A program made the translations under genes and the position numbers. The notes below the pieces were generated by a model. That model was not told the DNA's origin. It saw only the letters and a list, made by a program, of their open reading frames with translations, and did no database searches. A stretch of 64,000 nt of DNA, from NCBI GenBank assembly GCA_022711435.1, contig JAKLFB010000013.1:74041-138040 (forward strand). Reading direction: 5' to 3'. This document shows positions 18,085 through 27,195 of this stretch, one piece after another; position 1 is the stretch's first letter, and every line of letters starts with the position of its first letter. Origin of the DNA: Verrucomicrobiota bacterium (GTDB taxonomy: Bacteria; Verrucomicrobiota; Verrucomicrobiia; Limisphaerales; UBA1319).

Positions 18085-19671
18085 TCATTCCGCCGATCGG
18101 CGCAAACGGAGGATCCAATCGTCCCCATGGGAGGGGGGCTCCAACACCTGGCCCGTGCGCACCGCGCCGCCAGCCTCGAGCCCGGACGGCTGCCGCGCAT
18201 TCGTCCACGTTGCCTCATACGGCCCGCCTTCGAGCGTCACGATGACTGGCGCTGTGCGCTCCAGGTAAATCAGATACTCCCTGCCCGGGTCGGCAAGGCA
18301 GAAGGCATGGCGGCCGGATACCGCGCCTGGACACGGCTGCAGATGGGCGAAGGGCAGGGCGGCGCAGAGATCCCAGGCCAGGCGGACGGCGTCGTGCCGG
18401 TTCTGCCGGCAATCCTTCGGGTCCATCGTCCCGCTGTACCCGCTCGATGAGTCGCCGTCGTTGTCCGCGAACACCAGGGAAGCCGCCGAGAAATGGATCA
18501 CGATGGCGTTCTTCCGCAGGTCGTCGTCCGTGTAATCACGCCGGATGGATCGGATGTGGTTGATGTTGCCCGACCAAAGCGTTTCCTGGGCGAGGAGCGG
18601 CTTTCGAGGATGATGGTTGCGGAGCAGGATTGCGGCGAGAGCGGCGCGGTCGACGGTTTTCGGCCCCTGCAGGGTTCCGTAGGTCAGCCACGGCTCGTCG
18701 AGGAACAGGTCGTTGCCGGTCGGGTTATGGATGGAGATCGGCTTGGCGAAGACGTTCAGGCGCTGGATATCGCTGCCCAGCCGGTTCACCTGATCCCGGG
18801 TGAGATAGGCGTTGTTGGGGAGCAGCGGCTCCGGGCCGGCGACGTTCAGCAACAGGTTCCAGTAAGCTCCAAGCCGCGCATACGTGTATCGAAGGTAAAG
18901 CGCCTGATCGGCCGGGTTGTCGGGATAGGACGAGGAACGCCCGAAGAACCCGGCGAACGGATACGCGAGGATTCGGCGCGAGGCGAGGTCGTCGAGGACC
19001 GCTTCCATGGATTGGTATTCAGCGGCGCTGAGGGGCCAGAGTTTCGGCGTGTTCCAGCCGCGGCCCCGGCCGGCGCTGTTGCGGTTGAGGTAATGGCTGG
19101 CGACGGAGAGCAGGTTGTAGCCCTGGCGCTGCGCCCAATCGAGAAACGCGGAGCGCCGTTCGCCGTCGGCCGGGTTGGCCGGATCGTCCCAGTTCCGAGC
19201 GAAGAACCGGTCGCCCACATGCAGCCCGCGTACCAGGACGGCATCCCCCCCGCGATAGCCGAACCAGGCCGGGTTTGACTCGTCGGGGGCGATCATGCCG
19301 GGCAAATCGGAGGGGACGCAGAGGAACGCGCCTTGGGCGGCTGGCGGGCCGTCGGAGAACCGCGCTTCGTATCTCCACTCCCCCGGCTGGTCGGGCATGA
19401 ACCGCATTCGCCACGTTTGCCCTCCGTCGTAGAATCCCCAGAACCGGACCGTGCCCCCGTCGGGGCGCGTGAAGACAGCATCGAGCGAGACGTCACGATA
19501 AGGGTTGGCGTAGGGTCTCGGATTGACGATTGCCGTCTCGAAGCGGCCCCAGAGGGGCGCCTGCACGCGGATGGGGAGAATCGCCCTCTCGAGGACCCGG
19601 GGCAGAGTGTCTCCGCGGGATGCCGGGGCGGCCAGCAGCGCGATCGCGGTGAGCACAAGAAGTGGTTTCAT
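18085..19671 (-). CDS. Secreted putative glycoside hydrolase (DUF5060/DUF4038-like; compare GH140). The family assignment is tentative.
   Basis: It has a signal peptide (MKPLLVLTAIALLAAPASRG). An N-terminal beta-sandwich-like region is followed by a TIM-barrel-like region. The family was called from memory of domain architecture only. Confidence 0.45.
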   Translation of the reverse strand: MKPLLVLTAIALLAAPASRGDTLPRVLERAILPIRVQAPLWGRFETAIVNPRPYANPYRDVSLDAVFTRPDGGTVRFWGFYDGGQTWRMRFMPDQPGEWRYEARFSDGPPAAQGAFLCVPSDLPGMIAPDESNPAWFGYRGGDAVLVRGLHVGDRFFARNWDDPANPADGERRSAFLDWAQRQGYNLLSVASHYLNRNSAGRGRGWNTPKLWPLSAAEYQSMEAVLDDLASRRILAYPFAGFFGRSSSYPDNPADQALYLRYTYARLGAYWNLLLNVAGPEPLLPNNAYLTRDQVNRLGSDIQRLNVFAKPISIHNPTGNDLFLDEPWLTYGTLQGPKTVDRAALAAILLRNHHPRKPLLAQETLWSGNINHIRSIRRDYTDDDLRKNAIVIHFSAASLVFADNDGDSSSGYSGTMDPKDCRQNRHDAVRLAWDLCAALPFAHLQPCPGAVSGRHAFCLADPGREYLIYLERTAPVIVTLEGGPYEATWTNARQPSGLEAGGAVRTGQVLEPPSHGDDWILRLRRSAE

Positions 19672-19761
19672 CGTCGTGCCGTTGGAGAAGGGATCATTGG
19701 CCATGAGCCCGCGAATGTCCAGCGCGGCGTCCGGCCATGCATCCCGCGAATGACCCGAACG

Positions 19762-22455
19762 CTATGGCTGAAGATTGAAAAAGGCTGCCGCTTCGAGCGC
19801 GCGATAGCGTTCCGGATGGCAGGTGAGGATGACAATCTGGAGCGCGCCCGCAGATTCCTCGAGGAGGGTGAGCAGCCGGGCCAGGCGGCCGGTATCGGTC
19901 GCGTTGAGCACGTCGTCGAGGACCACGAGCTGGCGTTCGTTCTGGGCGAGGACCTGGCCCAGCGCCAGGCGAGTGATGAGAAACAGCTGCTCCTGCTCGC
20001 CGCCCGAGAGGTTGTCCAGCTCAACCGCTTCGCCCAGGGCTTTGGGCTCAATGCCGGCTGGCACAAACTCGCCGGTCAGGCGAACGGGGCCGAGACGCGG
20101 TCCGGCAACGCGCTCGAGCATTCGGCTGGCCGTGCGCTCGACCGGCGCGGCCACGGCAGCGACGGCGGCCGCTTTGCACGATGCCACGGTGTCGTGCAGG
20201 AGTCGGAGGGCGTCCATGCGAAGCTTCTCACGCCGGATTCGGCCCGTCAGATCGGCCAGTCTCTCCTCGCAGGCCGACAGCTTCGAGTAGGCGCCCGCGG
20301 CGGCCAGGCTCTGCAGCCGCCCTTCAGCCTTCTTCTCATCATCCCGGGCGGCGGCTTCTGCTGCCTCCAGCGCCCGCAACTGAAGCTCCATCTTGTCCAG
20401 GGACTTCTGCGGGTCATCGCCGATTTCTTCGAGCTTGCGCTTGCACTCCTCGGCTTGAGCGCGGGCTGCTTCCCAAGCCATCGAAGCCTCCTGCCGGGCG
20501 GTTTGGCGGTCATGGTCCGACAAGCCGTCCCGGGTGAAATCGGATCGGCGCCGGTCGGCCGCCTCGAGAGCCAGGCGCGCACCCTTGAGCGCGGCTGCGG
20601 TCTCAGTATGGCGTTTCTCGACCCCCTGCGCGCCAGCTTGGGCCTCGTCGAAAGCATCCTCAGCCTGCACCACGGCGGTCTCGATTGCCTTGCGCTGCTC
20701 CTCGAGAGCGGATTGCAGAACGCTCAGGGCCGGCGGCTGGTCTTTCCATGCAGGGAACCGTCCGGTTCGCTCCAGGATGCGGGCATCGAGTTCGGCCAGA
20801 TCGCCTTGCAGCTCCTCCGTGGTGTCATCGCCCAGGAGCTCCCCGATTTGGCGCTCGAGAACCTCGATCTTCTGGTCGAGCTCCTTTGCCTGGTCGCGAA
20901 CGAGCTGGAGCCGGTCCGGGTCCTGGGTTCCGTAGGGTTGGGTTAGCTTTGCCAGTTTCCTGTCCGCCTCAGCCATTTCCCCTCGCAGCGCATCCACGTC
21001 CATCTCGGGGCCGGCCGCGTGAATGCTGCCGAACCCCTCGATTTCGATGCTCACCTCGGGAGAGCCGGCAAACGTCGCGGCCTCCCCTGCAGAGATCGCT
21101 CTGGTTTCCTCCGGGGATTTCCTGGTCGCGGTGGCCGCCCGATGCGGACGAACTGTCAGACGAATGAGCGATGCCTGAAGAGCGGCTTCCGCCTTTCCCC
21201 TGGCCGCGAGATGCTTTCGGACATCGCGAATGGCTCGATCGTCCGGCGCCACCAAGACCGCGCGCGATTGTCTCTCTGCCGTGAAACCGGTCTGGAGCTG
21301 CTGGAGCTTCTCAAGCCGGGCGGCCAGGGCCTGCCGGGCCTTCGTGTCGGCCAGGAACGCCCGGGCATCCTCGACTTCGGCGGTGCGCTGGCTCAGAGAG
21401 GCGCGCCTCGACCGGGCTTCCTCGCGTTGGCGGCGGCGTTCATCCGCACGCGCGCTGGCGGTTTTCAGCTCGGCAGCCAGCTCGCCCAGCAGCGCCTCGT
21501 CCCGCTCGATTTGAGCCTTCAAGCCGGCGGCCTCCCGCCGCGCGTCAGCGATCAGCTCGATGGTCCGTCCAATGGACTCGTGCCTCTCCTTGGCGGTTTG
21601 TTCCGTCTGGCGTTTCTGCTGCAAGTCGCTTTGGAGCCGTTGAAAAGACTCGGCCAGCTTTCGCGTCTGGCCCAGCGGCTCTCGGAGCGCGTCGGCTTCG
21701 CGCCGCGCCTGGGCGCGCCGTTGTCGGGCATCCTCGACGGCGCCGGCAGCCTCCTCGAAGCTCTGCTGTTGCGCCAGGAGCTCGTGCCGCTCCATGGCCA
21801 TCTCGGCGAGCTGCGATTCCATGGCCAGGATCGGAGCCGCATCTTTGCCCGCGCGCGGCTTGCCGCTCCTGGTAAACAAGGACAGGTATTGCTCCTCGAG
21901 CAGCTCTTCGAGCCGAGTGCCGCTTTCCCCGGTCAGCTGGACCCCCAGGGCGGCGCGAAGGTTCTCCGAAACGCTCGACGACACGAAGCTGAGGCTCAAA
22001 GCGCCTTGCGGCGCCCAGAGGACCTGAGCCAAACCCCAGTGCTCCTGCTTCGACAGGCCGCGTCCCGGCGTGTCCCTCGCAGCCAGAATCTCGCGTAGCT
22101 CCGAATCCGCATTGCGGCCATCCGCCAGCGGCACGAACTCGCCGTCTTCGAGCCGGGACAGCCGCGCGCTGGGGCTGTCCAGAAACACTTTTTCGATCCG
22201 GTAGCGGACGCATCCCTGGGAGAACTCGACCATCACCTGGGGCGCCAGCGAACGCCCCCACGGGCGCACGGCTTCGATTTCCTTGCCTGTCACAAGGTGC
22301 GCGTCGAACAGCGCCCGCCGCATTGCCTCGAACAAGGACGATTTCCCCGTCCCGTTCGGAGCATGGATGACATTCAGGCCCTCGACAAAAGGGCCCACCT
22401 CAGTCGGCTGGAGAAGGCTCCGCCAATGCGTGACACGCAGGTTGTGCAGGATCAT
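19762..22455 (-). CDS. sbcC: SbcC/Rad50-family DNA double-strand-break repair ATPase.
   Basis: The N-terminal Walker A is HAPNGTGKSSLFEAM. A long coiled coil follows. The C-terminus carries LSGGEQEQLFLITRLAL ... QLVVLDDVLNATD (signature, Walker B, D-loop). Confidence 0.85.
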   Translation of the reverse strand: MILHNLRVTHWRSLLQPTEVGPFVEGLNVIHAPNGTGKSSLFEAMRRALFDAHLVTGKEIEAVRPWGRSLAPQVMVEFSQGCVRYRIEKVFLDSPSARLSRLEDGEFVPLADGRNADSELREILAARDTPGRGLSKQEHWGLAQVLWAPQGALSLSFVSSSVSENLRAALGVQLTGESGTRLEELLEEQYLSLFTRSGKPRAGKDAAPILAMESQLAEMAMERHELLAQQQSFEEAAGAVEDARQRRAQARREADALREPLGQTRKLAESFQRLQSDLQQKRQTEQTAKERHESIGRTIELIADARREAAGLKAQIERDEALLGELAAELKTASARADERRRQREEARSRRASLSQRTAEVEDARAFLADTKARQALAARLEKLQQLQTGFTAERQSRAVLVAPDDRAIRDVRKHLAARGKAEAALQASLIRLTVRPHRAATATRKSPEETRAISAGEAATFAGSPEVSIEIEGFGSIHAAGPEMDVDALRGEMAEADRKLAKLTQPYGTQDPDRLQLVRDQAKELDQKIEVLERQIGELLGDDTTEELQGDLAELDARILERTGRFPAWKDQPPALSVLQSALEEQRKAIETAVVQAEDAFDEAQAGAQGVEKRHTETAAALKGARLALEAADRRRSDFTRDGLSDHDRQTARQEASMAWEAARAQAEECKRKLEEIGDDPQKSLDKMELQLRALEAAEAAARDDEKKAEGRLQSLAAAGAYSKLSACEERLADLTGRIRREKLRMDALRLLHDTVASCKAAAVAAVAAPVERTASRMLERVAGPRLGPVRLTGEFVPAGIEPKALGEAVELDNLSGGEQEQLFLITRLALGQVLAQNERQLVVLDDVLNATDTGRLARLLTLLEESAGALQIVILTCHPERYRALEAAAFFNLQP

Positions 22456-23564
22456 TCGCGGCTCCTTTCGTGGAGGTCGAACAGCTGCAGGAGCGCCTGC
22501 GATGCCGTGGCCTGCTGGTCCGTGCCGGATGGCTGCGACGCCAAGGCGCGCAGCTTCCGCGCCGCATCCTGGAAGGTCCCGGCGGGCAGGGATTCGATCC
22601 AGCCCTCGCCGTCCGGCGCCGGCTTCAATCCTTCCGCCTCGAGCGCGCCAAACAAGAATCGCGTTGCCAGCAGCTCCTCAAGCCGCCTCAGCGCGCCGCG
22701 ATCCTCGGGAAAGAGCATCCCATCCAGGCGCATGCGGACCAGCGTCGATTCTGGCTGGGCGATCTCGGCCAATTGCTGAACAAGGGATTCCAGCGTGCAC
22801 GGCTGGGCCACCGAATGCTCGACGGTCCGCCAGTCCAGCCCCCCGGTCCTTATCGAGGTCAAGGCGGGCGGCCCGCCCCGGCGGGTGATCTCCACCAGGA
22901 TCGCGTTGCCGCTGTCCCGCTCGCCGAACCCGGTGGTTTCGTGGGTGCCGGAATACGCCATGCGGCACTCCCCGTTTGGATCCTCGTAGCGGGCCAACGA
23001 ATGCCAGTGCCCCAGGGCGAGGTAGTCCAGGCCCCGGCGATTCGCGGTATCGCGAGGTATCGGGTAGTCCGGCTCGCCGCTGGGGATCCCCTCGACATTT
23101 CCGTGCGCCAGCCCGATGGCTGGCTTCGCCGCCGCGCGCCCGTTGATCCACGACGTTGGATCTTTGGTCGAGTATTTCTCCCGCAACGGACAAGGAAACA
23201 GCACACACGTCTCCAGCTCGATCGGCTCGCTCCTCGTGCAGACGGTGATGTTCCCCGCCTCCGCCCACACGGGGTGCTCCCACACCGAGCCTGGGCTCAG
23301 CGGATCATGGTTCCCTGGAATGATGTAAACCGGTCCCGGAAATCGGCGCAGGATTTCACCGGCCTTCCGCACCAGAAGCCGGTCCACGGCGTTGTCCTCG
23401 AAGACGTCGCCGGCCAGCAGCAGCATTTCGGCGCCGTGGTCGCGCGCCGCCTGAACCACCCGCTGCGCCGCGGCCAGCCGCTCCTCCCGCACGCGCTCCG
23501 CCATCTTGCCGGCCGACTCGGCGCGCATCCCGATCTGCCAGTCCGCTGTGTGAATGATCTTCAT
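22452..23564 (-). CDS. sbcD: SbcD/Mre11-family nuclease (calcineurin-like metallophosphoesterase).
   Basis: The MKIIHTADWQIG motif is present, with GDVFED and GNHD phosphoesterase motifs. It overlaps sbcC by 4 nt. Confidence 0.85.
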   Translation of the reverse strand: MKIIHTADWQIGMRAESAGKMAERVREERLAAAQRVVQAARDHGAEMLLLAGDVFEDNAVDRLLVRKAGEILRRFPGPVYIIPGNHDPLSPGSVWEHPVWAEAGNITVCTRSEPIELETCVLFPCPLREKYSTKDPTSWINGRAAAKPAIGLAHGNVEGIPSGEPDYPIPRDTANRRGLDYLALGHWHSLARYEDPNGECRMAYSGTHETTGFGERDSGNAILVEITRRGGPPALTSIRTGGLDWRTVEHSVAQPCTLESLVQQLAEIAQPESTLVRMRLDGMLFPEDRGALRRLEELLATRFLFGALEAEGLKPAPDGEGWIESLPAGTFQDAARKLRALASQPSGTDQQATASQALLQLFDLHERSRE

Positions 23565-23686
23565 GGAGCCGTGCCCCCCCAACAGACCGGACGCGGCCCG
23601 ATCCGGGCAGGAGCATGTTGTCGCGGAAATTTAGCGAACCCGGTCCGGGATGGCCATACAAAATCCAAAGTGCATCAAACAATGGG

Positions 23687-23814
23687 AACAATGGGGTCGC
23701 GTCTAAATAATTGACAAATGGGCTCTGGCGGCTTCGCAGCAGGGGATCCAGCAGGACAGGAGCGCCGAGGGGGGGGGAGAGAAATGTCAAATATTTAGAT
23801 GTGACCCCATTGTT
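23687..23814. repeat. Imperfect 30-bp inverted-repeat pair (AACAATGGGGTCGCGTCTAAATAATTGACA ... TGTCAAATATTTAGATGTGACCCCATTGTT), separated by about 68 bp that include a G9 run.
   Basis: The reverse complement of the left arm matches the right arm at about 25 of 30 positions. It lies between the isomerase stop and the sbcD start. Confidence 0.5.
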
Positions 23815-23854
23815 CCAGGGCGTGCTTCAAAGCGTTCAGAGCCGATTTCTTTTG

Positions 23855-24796
23855 TCAGAGGGCGGCGGCCTTTTGCAGGGCGGCGCCGACGGTGCGGAGG
23901 GCTTGGTCGGGCGGCATTTGGCGCAGCGCCGGGTTGAACGGCTCGCAGGCCACCGGGCCGTCATAGCCGATCTGGATGAGGGCGCCGAGAAAGGCTCGGA
24001 GATCGATCACGCCGGTGGCGCAGGGCAGCTCGCGCCGGCTGTCGACCTGCTGGGCCACCGGGATGTCCCTGGGGGCATCGTTGACATGGCACATGACGAC
24101 GTCGCTCGCCCGCAGCGCCAGCAGATCCGCCTCGGTTTCCTGGGCGCTGTACCAATGCCAGCTATCGAGGAGGAATCCGACGTTGTCACGGCCGATCTCG
24201 GCGATCAGGTCCTTCATCTCTGCCATGGTATGGATGAAAGGAAAACGATGGGCCGACCAGGAGGTTTTGGGGCCCACGTATTCGAGCCCCAGGCGGATCC
24301 CGTGGTCGCCGAGCACGCGGGCGATTTCGCGGAGGCGCCGGGCATGGAGCCGGAAATTGGCCAGGTAGGTCAACGATTTGTGGCCCGGCGTGAGCCACGT
24401 GGCGGTCCGGGTCACCCCGGCTCGCTGGAGAGATTCGGCGTAGCCGGGCAGCGAGCCGATGCCCTGATCGTAAGCGGGGTCGGCGCCGCGGAAATCGACG
24501 GGCACGCCCGCCGAGCCCCAGGCGAGGTTGCGGGCTTTCATCTCGTCGCGATAGGTCTGGAGCTCGGGATCGGACAACCTGGCGAGGAACGAGGCGGGGG
24601 GCTCGATGGATTCGAAGCCGTATTGGCTGGCCCAGCCGATCAGCTTGCGTGGGTTGGCGGGGACGCCAATCATGCCGCAGGCCAGGCAGAGAGTGAACTG
24701 GCGCTTGCGTTTCGGTTCGCCCACGGCCCGGGTCGAGCCGATGCGAAGGCCGGCCAGACCGGCGGTCGTGGTCCTGATGAAATCTCTTCGGTTCAT
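23855..24796 (-). CDS. Sugar phosphate isomerase/epimerase (xylose isomerase-like TIM barrel) with a TAT signal.
   Basis: The N-terminus MNRRDFIRTTTAGLAGL is a twin-arginine motif, followed by a TIM-barrel AP-endonuclease-2 / xylose-isomerase-like body. Confidence 0.8.
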   Translation of the reverse strand: MNRRDFIRTTTAGLAGLRIGSTRAVGEPKRKRQFTLCLACGMIGVPANPRKLIGWASQYGFESIEPPASFLARLSDPELQTYRDEMKARNLAWGSAGVPVDFRGADPAYDQGIGSLPGYAESLQRAGVTRTATWLTPGHKSLTYLANFRLHARRLREIARVLGDHGIRLGLEYVGPKTSWSAHRFPFIHTMAEMKDLIAEIGRDNVGFLLDSWHWYSAQETEADLLALRASDVVMCHVNDAPRDIPVAQQVDSRRELPCATGVIDLRAFLGALIQIGYDGPVACEPFNPALRQMPPDQALRTVGAALQKAAAL

Positions 24797-24862
24797 ATCC
24801 CGCGGGCGACTTCTCCACACCCGGCGGGCGATGTCAAGGAAGCGTCGCGGGGAGCGTCCCGG

Positions 24863-25231
24863 CTATTTCTTTGCCGCCCGGCCTTTTCGGGTGCGCTGGG
24901 CGGTTCGGCGGGCCTTGGGCTTGGGCTTGCACTGGCATGCAGCCGAGGCGACCGGGGGCGGCGCGGCGCCGGCGGGAGCTTGAGCGGGCGGGGCCTCCGC
25001 CGGTTTGGGGGCGGTCTTTTCGTGGATGGTCTGGCGCATCCGCTCGAGCTTCTGGTCGACCTTGGTCTTCGCCTTGGCGACGGTGGACTGGGCGAAATTG
25101 ACGGTATCGGTCAGGAGCTTGCATGCCTTGCGGACGCGCTGGGTGTAGGCGCCGTCCTTGAACTCGATTCCCTTGTTTTGGAGGAAAGCGCTCAAGTGCT
25201 GGTAGAGCTCGTCTTGGTCGATCTTTTTCAT
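24863..25231 (-). CDS. Small hypothetical protein with a basic Lys/Arg/Ala/Pro-rich C-terminus.
   Basis: The start was set at MKKIDQDELYQHL (Met37 of the track ORF). No homology was recognised. Confidence 0.45.
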   Translation of the reverse strand: MKKIDQDELYQHLSAFLQNKGIEFKDGAYTQRVRKACKLLTDTVNFAQSTVAKAKTKVDQKLERMRQTIHEKTAPKPAEAPPAQAPAGAAPPPVASAACQCKPKPKARRTAQRTRKGRAAKK

Positions 25232-25338
25232 ATCTGCCTTTTCGATAACCGGGCTGGTCACTGAGCCGGGGCGCACGGGCAGCCTCGATGGCGGCCGTGC
25301 GACAGCATCAATATGACGAAAAGGGCGGGTGAATTCCA

Positions 25339-26796
25339 TTATAAGCTTCCGGGTGAATTGTAACGCGAGGGGAATGACTGGGCGATGGCGTGGCGGAGGA
25401 CGGCCATCATTCGGCGGACCTGGTCAGCGGAAGCGGCATAGGGGGGCATGATGACCAGGACATTGCCGATGGGGCGGGTCAGGACGCCGTTCCGGGCCAT
25501 GGCGGCGCAGACGCGGGCGCCGGCGCGGGCTTCAAGGGGCCAGGGCTCGCGGGTGCGCCAGTTGCGGACCAACTCGACGCCGAGGATCAAACCGATCTGG
25601 CGGACATCGCCGACGGCGGGCAGGGTCCAGAGGGGGGCGCTTTCCTCGCGGAGGATTTGATCGAGGCGCTGGCGGTGCCGGATGCTGGCGGCGGACTCGA
25701 GGAGCCGGATGCTCGCGAGGGCGGCGGCGCATGCCAGCGGATTGGCGGTGTAGCTGTGGCCATGGAAGAAGGTCTTGAACTCGCGGTATTCGCCCAGGAA
25801 GGAGTTGAAGATGGTGCGGGTGGCGAGCGTGGCGCCCAGGGGCAGATAGCCGCCGGACAACCCTTTCGAAACGGCCATGAAATCGGGGCGCACGCGTTCC
25901 TGATGGCAGGCGAAGCAGGGCCCGGTGCGGCCGAACCCGGTCATGACCTCGTCGGCGACGAGCAGGGCGTCATGGGCGCGCGCGAGGCTGGCGGCGCGGG
26001 CGAGCCAGCCGGCGGGCTGGGGGATCATGCCGGCGGCGCCCTGGACGAGCGGTTCGACGACGAGGGCGCCGTAGGGGCGGCCGCGGCGGCGGGCTGTGGC
26101 GAGCATGGCCTCGAGGCGGTCGGTGCACTCCCAGCGGCAAGCGCGGTGCTGGCGGGCGTCGAGGCGGTCGGGCCGGGCGCGGTTATGGGGGCAGCGGTAG
26201 CAATAGGGGGCCATGACCGTGTCGGTCCGAAAGAGCAGTCCGCGGTAGGCGGCGTGGAACAAGTCGATATGGCCGAGGCTGACAGCGCCGATGGTATCGC
26301 CGTGGTAGGCGCCGCTGGGGGAGAGGAACCGGGGCTGCTTGCTGTGTCCGGACCGCCGGCAGTGCTCGTAAGCCATCTTCAGGGCGACCTCGAGCGCGGT
26401 GGAGCCATCATCGGAATAGAACACCTTGGCGAGGGATGGGCCGGGGCGGGTGCGGGGGGCCGGCGCGCGCCTCCAGCCGCTGCGGGCCAGGCGGATCAGT
26501 TCGGCGGCCACCCGGGATGCGGGCTCGTTGGCCAGGCCGAGGGCGGAGCAGTGGGCGATGCGGCCGATCTGCCGCTTCAGGGCGGCGTCGATAGCCGGAT
26601 GCCGGTGCCCGTGAAGATTGGTCCAGATCGAGGCATTGGCATCGAGATACTCGCGTCCGCGGTGATCGCGCAGGAGCGCGCCTTGGCCGGACAGGATGAG
26701 GATGGGCTCCCGGGCGCACCACTCCTTCATCTGCGTGAAGGGGTGCCAGACGTATTTGCGATCGAGCCGGACGAGGGGGTGGATGGGGCGGATCAA
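25339..26796 (-). CDS. bioA: Adenosylmethionine-8-amino-7-oxononanoate aminotransferase (class III PLP aminotransferase).
   Basis: It has the YVWHPFTQ N-terminus and the SKGLSGGYLPLGA PLP-lysine region typical of BioA. Confidence 0.8.
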   Translation of the reverse strand: MIRPIHPLVRLDRKYVWHPFTQMKEWCAREPILILSGQGALLRDHRGREYLDANASIWTNLHGHRHPAIDAALKRQIGRIAHCSALGLANEPASRVAAELIRLARSGWRRAPAPRTRPGPSLAKVFYSDDGSTALEVALKMAYEHCRRSGHSKQPRFLSPSGAYHGDTIGAVSLGHIDLFHAAYRGLLFRTDTVMAPYCYRCPHNRARPDRLDARQHRACRWECTDRLEAMLATARRRGRPYGALVVEPLVQGAAGMIPQPAGWLARAASLARAHDALLVADEVMTGFGRTGPCFACHQERVRPDFMAVSKGLSGGYLPLGATLATRTIFNSFLGEYREFKTFFHGHSYTANPLACAAALASIRLLESAASIRHRQRLDQILREESAPLWTLPAVGDVRQIGLILGVELVRNWRTREPWPLEARAGARVCAAMARNGVLTRPIGNVLVIMPPYAASADQVRRMMAVLRHAIAQSFPSRYNSPGSL

Positions 26797-27146
26797 AGGG
26801 CGGCATCCTGCCGCTGGCGCTTGCCGCGGGCCGCATCGGAATGCCAGCGGGCCTTGTACTTGCTCTGGCGTTTGCGGATCTGCTGCTCGATCTTTTTGGC
26901 GACAAGATCGATGGCGGAGTAGAGGTCGCTCTCGGCGTCTTCGGCGAAGAGGTCGGGACCCGGGACCGAGAGGCGGACGGAGCAGGAGTATTGGCGGTCG
27001 GGTGCGCGGGTATGGTCGTGATCGAGGGTGACGCGGGCATCGAGGGCGAACCGGTTGAGGCGCCCGAGCTTTTCCATCCTGTCGATCACGTGATCCTCGA
27101 TTGCCTTGGTCAGCGTGACGTTATGGGTCGAGAGCACTAATTTCAT
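26793..27146 (-). CDS. hpf: Ribosome hibernation promoting factor / RaiA family.
   Basis: The sequence MKLVLSTHNVTLTKAIEDHVIDRMEKLGRLNRFALDARVTLDH fits the sigma-54 modulation protein / S30EA fold. It is translationally coupled to bioA (ATGA). Confidence 0.8.
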   Translation of the reverse strand: MKLVLSTHNVTLTKAIEDHVIDRMEKLGRLNRFALDARVTLDHDHTRAPDRQYSCSVRLSVPGPDLFAEDAESDLYSAIDLVAKKIEQQIRKRQSKYKARWHSDAARGKRQRQDAAL

Positions 27147-27195
27147 AGCTGAGGGTATATTGGACTGCAAACGGCAAGAAATCCAGCGCGGCTTT

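Noticed and set aside
19333-23714. Plus-strand ORFs 19333..20946, 21019..22098 and 22470..23714 antisense to sbcC and sbcD
   Set aside because: sbcC and sbcD have clear Walker and phosphoesterase motifs on the minus strand. The antisense ORFs are low complexity.
23711-25264. 517-aa plus-strand ORF spanning the isomerase gene and the small-protein gene
   Set aside because: It overlaps a TAT-signal TIM-barrel gene on the minus strand, is G/A/E/L-rich with no motifs, and starts inside the inverted-repeat element.
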